Shown one piece after another: positions 16,420-26,141 of a stretch of 64,000 bases of DNA. Position 1 is the first letter of the stretch. Each line of letters starts with the position of its first letter. Source of the DNA: a virus (taxonomy: Duplodnaviria > Caudoviricetes); IMG/VR virus record IMGVR_UViG_3300044630_004692, positions 410 through 64,409 of that record; one strand, written 5' to 3'. The translations under genes were made by a program, and so were the position numbers. A model generated the notes under the pieces. It saw only the letters and a list, made by a program, of their open reading frames with translations. It did no database searches and was not told the origin of the DNA.

Positions 16420-16660
16420 TTTATTTGATGATAAATTTATGACAGCAACTAAATTTTCTATGGAAGTAGAAGAAATAGTTCACTCAAATCAGGGTGGGCT
16501 AAATTATATTGAAGCAATATTAGTTTATTGCGAACAGAATGAAATTGAGTTAGAGAATGTATCTAAACTTATTTCAAAACCACTTAAGGAAAAACTTAAA
16601 GTTGATGCACAACGCATGAACTTTATGAAGAAAACAAGTAAGGCAAGACTTCCTATTTGA
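16397..16660 (+). CDS. gp33: late transcription coactivator gp33
   Basis: YIEAILVYCE...KLISKPLKEKL. Confidence 0.88.
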   Translation: MKNKELTDLFDDKFMTATKFSMEVEEIVHSNQGGLNYIEAILVYCEQNEIELENVSKLISKPLKEKLKVDAQRMNFMKKTSKARLPI

Positions 16661-16661
16661 T

Positions 16662-17252
16662 ATGGATGGCTTTGAAGTTTATAAATTATATGTTGCCATA
16701 AAATCTCATTTTTTAACAGATAAATATGATTTCTTCACCTTCAATGGAAAGACCAGAACTTCTGCGAATTCATTCCAAAAAAGAGGTGACATATACTTTT
16801 TCAAAAAACTTGCTACGAAATTTAATAGAGAAGAAATGATACAATATTTTGTATCACACTTTGTTAATGATGAACATACTTGGATTGGAGATATTTCAAA
16901 AGTTCCAAATTCAAGTAAAGTATATTTAGAGTGGAAAAGAAAAATCAATAGCATGAGTAATGTATTTACAAATGATATTGATAGTTTGTTGACAGATAAT
17001 AATTTAGAAGATATTTTTAAAGTTGTTCATACGCATCCACCATTAATTACAAAATATCTTTCCAAGTCGATTACACTTGAAACCCTGGTGATAATGAACA
17101 AAATTTTTAACTATGTTCCTGACCTTGATAAAGTTATTTCCGAAACAGTTATCTGGCCAGACTTGAAAAAACGAATCCTAAAATATCAACCTTTTCTTTC
17201 CATAGATAGACCTAAATATAAACAAATACTACTAATGAAGGTAACTGAATAA
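16662..17252 (+). CDS. gp59: helicase loader gp59
   Basis: YKLYVAIKSHF...YDFFTFNGK...KRGDIYFFKKL. Confidence 0.88.
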   Translation: MDGFEVYKLYVAIKSHFLTDKYDFFTFNGKTRTSANSFQKRGDIYFFKKLATKFNREEMIQYFVSHFVNDEHTWIGDISKVPNSSKVYLEWKRKINSMSNVFTNDIDSLLTDNNLEDIFKVVHTHPPLITKYLSKSITLETLVIMNKIFNYVPDLDKVISETVIWPDLKKRILKYQPFLSIDRPKYKQILLMKVTE

Positions 17253-17587
17253 TGTCTTTTTTTGAGCAAGAACTCATTCAAGGTGAATTGCAAGAAATGA
17301 CAAAATTATATGAAGAAATTCGTTTTATGATGTCATATCCTCATGAGCAATCTTTAGAATCTAGAAAGGAGTGTTTGGATAAATTAGAAAGACTTGTAGA
17401 ATTACAAGAATTACTATATTTTAGAGCCAAATATTCTGATGACTCAGAAGCTAAAGATTTTGCAGTTATGATAAAACAATCTGCCATTTTACTTGGTGTA
17501 CCTTCATATGTAGATATTTCTGAAATTTTCGCCCACATGCGTCAGGACATCGAACGAGCAAGAAACAAACTTGACAAGTCCGCCTGA
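17252..17587 (+). CDS. conserved hypothetical protein (DUF1825-like)
   Basis: MSFFEQELIQGEL...; usual position between gp59 and gp32. Confidence 0.75.
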   Translation: MSFFEQELIQGELQEMTKLYEEIRFMMSYPHEQSLESRKECLDKLERLVELQELLYFRAKYSDDSEAKDFAVMIKQSAILLGVPSYVDISEIFAHMRQDIERARNKLDKSA

Positions 17588-17667
17588 CCATGTTATGATA
17601 ATCATGTATTTGGTGAAGCAGGCCAAATCCTAACAATCCATTTAATCCATTTAATACGGAGAATCCA
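17571..17667 (+). promoter_or_regulatory. gp32 promoter and candidate autoregulatory leader
   Basis: TTGACA-17-TATGAT; ATTTGG/CCAAAT hairpin followed by AATCC repeats. Confidence 0.6.
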
Positions 17668-18555
17668 ATGTCTTTTGCAACTCTAAAGCGTAACTCTTCC
17701 TCAGTATTTGAGAAGCTATCTCAAGAGGTAGAAAAAATTTCCAATTCATCTTCTAGCAATGTAGATGACCGCTTCTGGAAACCAGAAGTAGATAAAGCTG
17801 GAAATGGTTATGCAGTCATTCGTTTCCTTCCTTCAAAAGAAGATGGAAATCTACCTTGGGTAAAAATGTATACTCATGCTTTCCAAGGTCCTGGTGGTTG
17901 GTACATCGAAAATTGTCTTTCCACTATCAACAAATCAGACCCAGTAATGGAACTGAATCGCCAGCTATGGAATACTGGTCGAGATTCAGACAAAGAAATT
18001 GCTCGTAAGCAAAAGCGTAAACTATCATATTACAGCAATATTTACGTCGTAAAGGACCCAGCTCATCCTGAGAATGAAGGTAAAGTATTTCTTTACAAGT
18101 ACGGTAAGAAGATTCATGATAAAATTCTAGAAGCAATGCAACCTGCATTTGCAGACGAAGTTGCAGTGAATCCTTTTGACCTTTGGGAAGGTGCTGACTT
18201 CAAACTAAAAATTCGTAAGGTTGACGGTTATTGGAATTACGATAAATCTGAGTTCGCTTCAACTGGAACTCTTGGTGATTTTGATGATAATCAACTTGAG
18301 CAAATCTATAACAAGATTTATGACCTAAGTGAATTTACTGCAGACAGTAATTTCAAATCATATGAAGAACTTCAAAAGCGTCTTAATATGGTTCTAAATT
18401 CTGCTCCAGCTGTAAGGATTGACCGTGAGACTTATGAATCTGAAGAGGAAGAAACAATCGTAGAAGCTCCTCAGACTGTAGTTTCTCGTTCAACCGAAGT
18501 TGATGATGAGGATGATACTCTAAGTTACTTCGCTCGTTTGGCTGAAGAAGACTGA
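17668..18555 (+). CDS. gp32: single-stranded DNA-binding protein gp32
   Basis: DDRFWKPEVDKAGNGYAVIRFLP...YFARLAEED. Confidence 0.97.
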   Translation: MSFATLKRNSSSVFEKLSQEVEKISNSSSSNVDDRFWKPEVDKAGNGYAVIRFLPSKEDGNLPWVKMYTHAFQGPGGWYIENCLSTINKSDPVMELNRQLWNTGRDSDKEIARKQKRKLSYYSNIYVVKDPAHPENEGKVFLYKYGKKIHDKILEAMQPAFADEVAVNPFDLWEGADFKLKIRKVDGYWNYDKSEFASTGTLGDFDDNQLEQIYNKIYDLSEFTADSNFKSYEELQKRLNMVLNSAPAVRIDRETYESEEEETIVEAPQTVVSRSTEVDDEDDTLSYFARLAEED

Positions 18556-18561
18556 TATGTT

Positions 18562-18587
18562 AAAGGGGGCGTAAGCCCCCTTTTTTT
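18562..18587. terminator. bidirectional intrinsic terminator
   Basis: AAAGGGGGC-GTAA-GCCCCCTTTTTTT between convergent genes. Confidence 0.85.
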
Positions 18588-19248
18588 ATACTTCAGAATA
18601 TCTGATTCCGTTAGCATCAATTTTATATTCAGTATCGTATTTAAATAATTCCTTAACTTCTTTTTCTAACATTGGCAAATATCTATTCTTTACTAAATAT
18701 ATTTCTTTTTTCTTTTCATTTTGTAAGTATTCATAATCTCTATTTGTAATTTTTTTCAATGCTTGATTTGCAGGAACAGTTATAATAACATTATTGCCAT
18801 CATTATAATTTAAATTGAAAGATGGAAAATAATTGCTTGCATCTTGAGTACTCAATCCTTGATACATTTCAATTACAATTCCAGCTTCTTGAACTATAAC
18901 ATTACTAGAATTTCTAATTTCAATAGTTTCCCAATACTTTGGTTTATCTGCATCTTCTCCATATTTGTTATATATTTCTGTATCTAATTGAGTAGCAGTC
19001 TTTGGCCAATCATTGTTTACATCAATGATATTATTTAAAATAAGAATAGTCCAATACCATTGTGTTGACCCATATCTTTCCTGAGAAATTAATTCTGGAG
19101 TTTCTCCTTCTTTAATAGTATATCTTACCGAGTTTAAATACACAGCATTTAGATTATCTCTAAATCTAATCCTTCTGAATAAATTTTTTGATATTTTATT
19201 CTCACCTTTATGTGGATAATAAAAATCTGGTTGTGATGTAAAAAACAT
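18586..19248 (-). CDS. gp53: baseplate wedge protein gp53
   Basis: KNLFRR, YTIKEGETPELIS..YG...WTILILN. Confidence 0.88.
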   Translation of the reverse strand: MFFTSQPDFYYPHKGENKISKNLFRRIRFRDNLNAVYLNSVRYTIKEGETPELISQERYGSTQWYWTILILNNIIDVNNDWPKTATQLDTEIYNKYGEDADKPKYWETIEIRNSSNVIVQEAGIVIEMYQGLSTQDASNYFPSFNLNYNDGNNVIITVPANQALKKITNRDYEYLQNEKKKEIYLVKNRYLPMLEKEVKELFKYDTEYKIDANGIRYSEV

Positions 19249-19250
19249 TT

Positions 19251-20279
19251 TTAGAATCCTTCTTTAGTAACTTCTTTAGCAGTAATAATTTCTGTTTCTT
19301 GAAATTCTAAGTTCAATTCATATGCAATAGGTGCAGGACCAGATAAAGCTTGCTCTCCAACTTGGTGAGTAGCCCATACTCCTTCTGGAGTATAGTTTAC
19401 ACTAATATTTTTTAATACTGCTGGTTTAATCTTTGGTAGTGATTGAATCGGAGCATCTTTTCCATACAACCATTTTAAGTTGTAGATATTTGGAACTGTC
19501 AACCATCTATCATTTAAATTATTTTGAATGTTTATTCCTTCTGCATCATCATCAGCACCAGCAGCAAGACCACTGGATGAGGTATAATCTGGAAGTGCAT
19601 AATAACGAAGTGCTTTAATGATGTTATGAATTCTAACTTGCTCCTTTGAATTTCTTGGAACTAGTTTCCATCTAAAACTGAATGTTCTCATTCCAATTCC
19701 TTTAAAGATTTGTTCTTTATAAGGATTCAATACTCTTCCACCAACTCCTTGAGTTATTGATTCTGGGCTTGGTCCACCAGCTTCTTTAATCTTGTTTAGC
19801 ACCATGGGTCCAAGTCCAGCCTTGGCTAGTGATGATAAGGTGTTCCCTAACGCTGCTGTGTCGCCTCCAGCAGCCTGTGCAGCCAGTCCAGGGGCAAATT
19901 TACCCAGAATACCAATGTCTTCTTCTGACCATGCTGGAGCGTCTGCGTACTGAATACCCTCAGGCACTGGAAGTAGAATTGTTGCTAGTGCTTGTCTATC
20001 TCCACCTGTTCTTTGAACATTAGATAGTTGAGTTGCAAATGTAGAAGCAGGAGTCACTGCAGTTGGACTAGTGCTTGTAGATGCTGTTGGTGTTGCCTGG
20101 GCTTGTGGAATTGAACTAGTTGCAAATAATCCAGACTGTGAAATAGGAATAAATCTAACTATATCAATTCTAAGCATGTCATATATTTCTGGTACTCTAT
20201 CTGGCCAATATAAATCTTTAAAACTACCATCCTTGTAGTCTTCATCTGTAGAGTAGGTTTTACTAACAGTGGTAGCCAT
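19251..20279 (-). CDS. gp48: baseplate tail-tube cap gp48
   Basis: NPYKEQIFKGIGMRTFSFRWKLVPRN...ISVNYTP...LNLEFQETE. Confidence 0.88.
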   Translation of the reverse strand: MATTVSKTYSTDEDYKDGSFKDLYWPDRVPEIYDMLRIDIVRFIPISQSGLFATSSIPQAQATPTASTSTSPTAVTPASTFATQLSNVQRTGGDRQALATILLPVPEGIQYADAPAWSEEDIGILGKFAPGLAAQAAGGDTAALGNTLSSLAKAGLGPMVLNKIKEAGGPSPESITQGVGGRVLNPYKEQIFKGIGMRTFSFRWKLVPRNSKEQVRIHNIIKALRYYALPDYTSSSGLAAGADDDAEGINIQNNLNDRWLTVPNIYNLKWLYGKDAPIQSLPKIKPAVLKNISVNYTPEGVWATHQVGEQALSGPAPIAYELNLEFQETEIITAKEVTKEGF

Positions 20280-20316
20280 AAATACTTATAGTGTTCCCTT
20301 TATATAAAGTATTTAT
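20277..20316. promoter_or_regulatory. face-to-face late promoters for gp4 and gp48
   Basis: ATAAATA on + (20278-20284) and on - (20310-20316), each overlapping the opposite gene's ATG. Confidence 0.7.
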
Positions 20317-20752
20317 GAAGACTTTAAAGGGGAAATTTTCTCCAAAAAATATTCACAAATACAAAGGAAATTATCACAATATAGTTTACAGGTCTTCCTG
20401 GGAACTTAAGTTTATGAAATATTGTGATAGTAGAGACCACATATTAGAGTGGGGTAGCGAAGAAATTGTTGTGCCCTATAGGTCTCCTTTGGATAATAAA
20501 ATACACAGGTATTTTGTAGATTTTTATATAAAGGTTAAAGATAGTAATGGTAATATTCAAAAATACTTAATTGAAATAAAACCAAAACGTCAAACTGAAA
20601 TTCCAAAAGTTCCCCAGCGAAAAACAAAACAGTATATGTATGAAGTAACTGAATATGTAAAGAACCAAGCAAAGTGGAGTGCTGCTGAAGAGTTTTGTTT
20701 AGATAATAATTGGAAATTTATGATACTTACCGAAAAGGAATTAAAGGTATGA
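20315..20752 (+). CDS. gp4: head completion nuclease gp4
   Basis: KYKG...YRSSWE...HRYFVDF...IEIKPK...NQAKW. Confidence 0.92.
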   Translation: MKTLKGKFSPKNIHKYKGNYHNIVYRSSWELKFMKYCDSRDHILEWGSEEIVVPYRSPLDNKIHRYFVDFYIKVKDSNGNIQKYLIEIKPKRQTEIPKVPQRKTKQYMYEVTEYVKNQAKWSAAEEFCLDNNWKFMILTEKELKV

Positions 20753-21315
20753 CAGTACTCAGAAGTAAGGACCAGATTAGTAAAGGATTTGGTCAAATTC
20801 AATTAAGTGGAAGTATATTTGAGGATGTTAGAAAACTTGCTAGAACCAAACCAAAATCATATAGTTGGTATAGAGACACTGTTAGAATGGTCTCTTCAAA
20901 AAGTGATATCTATGCTACACTATCAACATGCGAAGAGACATTGTTTCCAGCAGGAGGAAAATTATATTTCTTTGAATATAATGCAACATGGGCTAGAAAA
21001 TTAAAATATTATGATGAATTTCCTTTAGTGTATATGTTATCTGGAGGAAAGAATTTTTTCGGAGCAAATTTACACTATCTCAATTATGCAAGAAGAGTAC
21101 AAGTCATTGAAAGTATCGTGGCAGGAACACCAACAATCCCAAAACAGTGCTTTCATAATTATGTTCATGCTGGTCTTGACACGCCGCTTTTTGAAATAAA
21201 TAGTGAAGATTGGAAAACAGCAATCTTCATTCCCAATGAAAGTTTTGTTACAAGAAGAAGAGGATTGTATCAAAGAGTAAGCAAATCTTTTGTCTGGGGA
21301 GACAGTAATCAATGA
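20749..21315 (+). CDS. gp2: DNA end protector gp2-like
   Basis: GKLYFFEY...YYDEFPLV...GANLHYL. Confidence 0.8.
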   Translation: MTVLRSKDQISKGFGQIQLSGSIFEDVRKLARTKPKSYSWYRDTVRMVSSKSDIYATLSTCEETLFPAGGKLYFFEYNATWARKLKYYDEFPLVYMLSGGKNFFGANLHYLNYARRVQVIESIVAGTPTIPKQCFHNYVHAGLDTPLFEINSEDWKTAIFIPNESFVTRRRGLYQRVSKSFVWGDSNQ

Positions 21316-22166
21316 ATACATTTAGCGCACCACCGATTAATAATTTCAAAACTTTTAAAAGTTACGTTACAAAATATGGGTTTTCCCTGAGTAACTTTTA
21401 TGATATAGATTTTAGATTTTCTAATTCAACTGGATACTTATATTCTCTTTTGAGAAGAAGTCTAGTTTCTCCAAATTTAAATCAAAACACAGCAACAACC
21501 ATTGGTAACGACCAAGATACTGTTGTTGGATTAATGAGAGCATATGCTGAAGAATGTACCATTCCAGGTTTTCAGATTTCTACTGGTGACTATAGAATTA
21601 ATAATAGTCCAATGTTTAAGTATGCATATGGAATTGTAAATAATGAAATAACATTTTCATTCATTTATGATGCAGATTCTGAAATAAGAAAAGTATTTGA
21701 TGCTTGGCAAAATTACATCTATTGCAATGTTGCTACAAATTCAGAATCTGATTTGAATAATATTAACGGAATCAATAATTTAGGAAGGACTAGATATAGA
21801 GATGAATATGTATGTGATATTGTAGTAATCAAATATGAGAGACATGCATCAAGTAAGAGAAATACATTTGTTAAGAATAATCAAAGTTTAAATAGTTTTT
21901 ATCCAACAAAAGATATCATTCCAGATTTTGATGTAAAAAATAGAAATGCCATGGAATTTACTTCTGGGTTTGGAAAAGCTAAGCCAGTGTATTCTACCAA
22001 ATTAATAAATGCGTTTCCAACAAATATTTCTTCTATTGCACTATCAAGTGGCTCTTCTCAATTAATTAAATTACAAACCACATTTGAGTATGAGACTGCA
22101 ATTACAAGCGGGCAAGTATCTGGAAGTGTACTAACTTCTGGAAATGCTAGAACTATCTCTAAATAA
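21312..22166 (+). CDS. tail tube initiator, gp54/gp19-like
   Basis: EECTIPG...FDAWQ...LINAFPTNISSIAL...TTFEYE. Confidence 0.75.
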   Translation: MNTFSAPPINNFKTFKSYVTKYGFSLSNFYDIDFRFSNSTGYLYSLLRRSLVSPNLNQNTATTIGNDQDTVVGLMRAYAEECTIPGFQISTGDYRINNSPMFKYAYGIVNNEITFSFIYDADSEIRKVFDAWQNYIYCNVATNSESDLNNINGINNLGRTRYRDEYVCDIVVIKYERHASSKRNTFVKNNQSLNSFYPTKDIIPDFDVKNRNAMEFTSGFGKAKPVYSTKLINAFPTNISSIALSSGSSQLIKLQTTFEYETAITSGQVSGSVLTSGNARTISK

Positions 22167-22202
22167 CTAACCTAAATAATTTTAATTATATTATAGGATA
22201 TT

Positions 22203-22913
22203 ATGCCTTTACCAAAAATAGTAGCACCAACTTATGAGTTGCGTTTACCTTCAACTGATGAACTCATAAAATTTAGACCTTTCCTTGTAAAAGAAGAAAA
22301 AATTCTTCTTATGGCACTGGAAACTGAAGATGAAAAACAAATGACCAATGCGGTTAAAACAATTCTCAAGAATTGTATTCTGTCTAAAGTAAAAGTTGAA
22401 GAACTATCAATTTTTGATATTGAATATTTGTTCTTAAATATTCGTTCAAAATCTGTTGGAGAAGAAATTGAACTCAATTTAACTTGCACTGATGATAATG
22501 AAACTGTAGTACAAGTTACTATTAACGTTGATGATATTAAAGTTAATAAACCAGAAGACCATAAGAAAATTATTGATATAACTGATGCTATTACAGTTGT
22601 GATGAAATATCCAAGTATGGATATGTTTATTAAAAATAATTTTTCTTCTACTGGAAAATCTGAAGACGTATTTGAAATTGCAGCTTCATGTATTGAACAG
22701 ATTTTAGATGGTGATGATGTATACGAAACTAAGAGTTTTAATAAAAAGGAAATTATGGATTTCCTTGAGAGCATGGATACTGCTCAATTCTTAAAGATTC
22801 AACAATTCTTTGAAACAATGCCTAAACTAACTCACACAGTTAAGGTAGTTAATCCAAATACTGAAGTTGAAAATGAAATTGTCATTGAGGGATTAGCAAA
22901 TTTTTTCGGCTAG
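22203..22913 (+). CDS. gp26: baseplate hub protein gp26
   Basis: MPLPKI...FRPFLVKEEKILL...IRSKSVGE...FFETMPKL...EGLANFF. Confidence 0.93.
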   Translation: MPLPKIVAPTYELRLPSTDELIKFRPFLVKEEKILLMALETEDEKQMTNAVKTILKNCILSKVKVEELSIFDIEYLFLNIRSKSVGEEIELNLTCTDDNETVVQVTINVDDIKVNKPEDHKKIIDITDAITVVMKYPSMDMFIKNNFSSTGKSEDVFEIAASCIEQILDGDDVYETKSFNKKEIMDFLESMDTAQFLKIQQFFETMPKLTHTVKVVNPNTEVENEIVIEGLANFFG

Positions 22914-23098
22914 GATTAGCTCATGAATCATTAGAAAATTATTATAAAATAAATTTCATTTTATTACAGCACCACAAATGGACGCTAACTGAAATTGAAG
23001 ATATGATTCCGTGGGAAAGAGAAGTCTATGTACATTTATTAATTGATTATATTGAGGAAGAAAATAATAGACAAAAATCCAATCAGCAGTCATTGTAA
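22901..23098 (+). CDS. gp51: gp51-like baseplate hub assembly frame without its own start codon; probably reached by -1 frameshift from gp26
   Basis: -1 frame reads ...LAHESLENYYKINFILLQHHKWTLTEIEDMIPWEREVYVHLLIDYIEEEN; first ATG only at 23003. Confidence 0.8.
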   Translation, partial: FFRLGLAHESLENYYKINFILLQHHKWTLTEIEDMIPWEREVYVHLLIDYIEEENNRQKSNQQSL

Positions 23099-26000
23099 AT
23101 GGCACCTAAAGCACCAGAACCAAAATACAGATATTCTAAAGTAGACCCCTCTACTATTAATAGAGGGGGTTCTGGTGGTGTGCGTAAACTAATTGCAGGT
23201 AATAATATTGCAATTTCTCCAAAGAAAGGAACTGGAGTAGTAACAGTTAATTCGATTTCTCCATTTGAAGGAGTAGATGGTAAAAAGATAGTAAGCGAAT
23301 TAACTTTTACCAGAATTTTAATGGAGAAGTTATTTGATATTGAAAAGAAAAATTATGATTTGCTTACAGATAAAATATTAGAAGATGCTAAGAGAACTCA
23401 ACGAGAAGAGTTACAGCGTAGAGAAGCAAGACAAGAAAAAACTAAGACTTCAAAGAAAGTAAAAAATTCATCTCTTGAAAAGTCAAAGACAAAGATAAAG
23501 GGAATTAGTGAGTTCTTTTCTGGACTTGTTAAGTTTTTTGTACAGTATAAAATTGTAGAGTGGTTTGGAAAACCAGAAAATCTTAAAAAGGTTCAAGATT
23601 TTGTAAAACTATTCGGAGCAATATTTAAATTCATTAGTGGTATTGTGACCTTTGGTGTTGATGTTTTGATGAAAACATTCAACGTCATATCTGGTGGATT
23701 GAATTTATTCTTTGATGTATTTGGAGCAATTAGTAATTTTGTAAAATTTATTTGGGATGGTGGAAAAACTATAATTGATGGTGTATCTCAACTAACAAAA
23801 GTATTTGAGATTGTTCCAAAAGCTATATCAAATGTATTAAATTTTTTCACAAATTTAATACCTAATTTTATTGAAGGTGCATTAACAGAAGGATTATTTG
23901 GTGCCAAGAAAGATATCGAAAGTGGTGCATCCGAATCTACAAAAGCAGCAAGCACTCAATTAAATCCATCTGAAAAATCTAATACTCCAGGAAAATCTAA
24001 TCTAGATTTTGGTAAACTTATAGGAAATGCTGGAAAAGGAATTGGTGAACTATTATTAAATGTATTAGTCCCTGGTGCAGGATTAGCAAAGGGTCTTATT
24101 TCTTCAGTATCTGGATTTTTTGGTGGAAATAAAGAACTTCCAAAATTAGCAAAGGGTGGAATTGTAACAAAACCAACTGAAGCAATCGTTGGAGAAGCTG
24201 GACCTGAAGCTATTTTACCTTTAAGTAAATTAGGAAAAATTGCTGGAGTTCAACTAGGAATTAGTAAAGTAATACCGAAGTTTATGAAACTTCTTACTTT
24301 ACCATTTACTATTGTTGGTGCAGGAATTCTTGCATTAATATCTTCTTCATTATCAATGATTCCAGGTGTCGGTCCAATTATATCTCCGTTACTTGGAAAT
24401 ATTGCTTCTATGTTTGGAATCCCACCATCTGTAGTTAAGGGATTGAGTAATTTTACAGGAGCTGCAATAAAATCAGTTGGTGGAGGATTGGGTAATATTA
24501 TTGATGTCTTTGGTAAGAAAGACCCAACTGTTGATATGGGCAAAAGTTCTAAATTTACTCCAAAGAAAGATTATAGTGTTAGAGGACTATTAGCAAACAT
24601 TCTTGGAGCTTTGATAAGCAAAAATTCAAATAGAATTTCTTCAACTCAAACAACTTCATCCTCACCATCAACTCCTACAGGGGCAGCTCCAGCTCCAACT
24701 GGAACCACTCCAACTATGAGTGCCCAGGAGTTTTCTAAATCAGTTTTAGAAAAAGCTTCTGTAACAACAGTTAATGATGGAAGACAAAGTAAAGTAGTTG
24801 TTAATACTTCCACTACAGGATTGCAAAAAGTAACTGGACAAAATCCTGGTAAGTATTATTATGATGCATACGGAAATATCTATTCATTAGATAAGGATGA
24901 AAAAAGATTATTGACAAAAGAGGATTTTAATGCAGGAGTTGGAGGAGGATTATTTGGTGCTGTTCATTTCTTCCGTAATCTGAAAAATGGAACTGTATCA
25001 TTAGAAACTCATGCAAATGCATCTGCTGAAGGTTGGTATGATTATGCAGCAAATGCTGTTAGAGAAGTCATAAAGGGTGATGGAAGTAGAAATAATCCAG
25101 ATAGACTTTCTTGGATACCTGCGAATCAAAGTAAAAAATTCAAAGATGGATTTACAGAATCTACTCCATATGGAAAGAGTACTATAAAAGCTATGAATGG
25201 AACTTATGTTCCTGGTAGTGGAGATGGAGATAAAGTTGCAGCTTTATTAGAACCTGGAGAATATGTACTGAATAAAAATTTGGTAAAACATATTGGAGGT
25301 CCAGAAGTATTAGACAAATATAATTTTGATATGTTCCCAAGATTTAAAAACTCTGCCAGGAGAGCAATAACAGGTGGAGCAATTATGAGATATGCTACTG
25401 GAGGAACTGTAATTGAGTACATAACTGGAGACAGAAAACATCCTGCATATAGAAGTGACCATGGTGGTGGACAATATCATGACCACCTTGCATTCAAGAG
25501 CAAGGAAGAGAGAGATAGAGCAATTGATTATTTACAGAAAAAGGGTTGGTATGTAGGTTCTAAAAATGATGGCAGACATGCTGCAGGTTCATATCATTAT
25601 TCAAACCAAGCTATTGATATTCCATTCTATCCAAATCAATCTAGAAAAGGAGTATCTGATAATGCTGCTGGAGAATCTGCATTAAGTTCTGCTCTCAGAA
25701 AAGATTTAAAAAATGCAGGATTTGTTTTTGGTGGACCTGATGTAAGAGAACAAGATTCTAATGTATCTGGAACTGCAGGAACTCAACAAGCTACAATTAA
25801 CTGGGAAGAAATTGCAAAAGGTCTTGGTGGATTGTATAAATCATTGGCAAGCAGTGGACCACCGAATCAAGAAGTTGGTTCATCTTCATCTCAAGCTGCA
25901 CCAAAAATGTCTCCATCAATACCTTCTTCATCACAATCATTGAGAACTGTACAGTCAGAAAATAACAGATTAGATTTCCAGAGAAGGGCTTCAATGACAG

Positions 26001-26140
26001 CACAGCAGAAAGGTGGAAATGTAATTAATTTAGGAAATCCAAATCAAGTAATTCAATCCAGCACAACTCAAATAGCTCCTGCTGGATTAGGCGGAACATT
26101 AGCACCAAATCCACTAGTAATATATCCAGCGGCTCCATAA
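23099..26140 (+). CDS. tape-measure-like tail protein 1 with putative Zn-peptidase domain
   Basis: Amphipathic helical region, LAKGGIV...GEAGPEAILPL, HDH and HYSNQAID motifs. Confidence 0.75.
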   Translation: MAPKAPEPKYRYSKVDPSTINRGGSGGVRKLIAGNNIAISPKKGTGVVTVNSISPFEGVDGKKIVSELTFTRILMEKLFDIEKKNYDLLTDKILEDAKRTQREELQRREARQEKTKTSKKVKNSSLEKSKTKIKGISEFFSGLVKFFVQYKIVEWFGKPENLKKVQDFVKLFGAIFKFISGIVTFGVDVLMKTFNVISGGLNLFFDVFGAISNFVKFIWDGGKTIIDGVSQLTKVFEIVPKAISNVLNFFTNLIPNFIEGALTEGLFGAKKDIESGASESTKAASTQLNPSEKSNTPGKSNLDFGKLIGNAGKGIGELLLNVLVPGAGLAKGLISSVSGFFGGNKELPKLAKGGIVTKPTEAIVGEAGPEAILPLSKLGKIAGVQLGISKVIPKFMKLLTLPFTIVGAGILALISSSLSMIPGVGPIISPLLGNIASMFGIPPSVVKGLSNFTGAAIKSVGGGLGNIIDVFGKKDPTVDMGKSSKFTPKKDYSVRGLLANILGALISKNSNRISSTQTTSSSPSTPTGAAPAPTGTTPTMSAQEFSKSVLEKASVTTVNDGRQSKVVVNTSTTGLQKVTGQNPGKYYYDAYGNIYSLDKDEKRLLTKEDFNAGVGGGLFGAVHFFRNLKNGTVSLETHANASAEGWYDYAANAVREVIKGDGSRNNPDRLSWIPANQSKKFKDGFTESTPYGKSTIKAMNGTYVPGSGDGDKVAALLEPGEYVLNKNLVKHIGGPEVLDKYNFDMFPRFKNSARRAITGGAIMRYATGGTVIEYITGDRKHPAYRSDHGGGQYHDHLAFKSKEERDRAIDYLQKKGWYVGSKNDGRHAAGSYHYSNQAIDIPFYPNQSRKGVSDNAAGESALSSALRKDLKNAGFVFGGPDVREQDSNVSGTAGTQQATINWEEIAKGLGGLYKSLASSGPPNQEVGSSSSQAAPKMSPSIPSSSQSLRTVQSENNRLDFQRRASMTAQQKGGNVINLGNPNQVIQSSTTQIAPAGLGGTLAPNPLVIYPAAP

Positions 26141-26141
26141 T

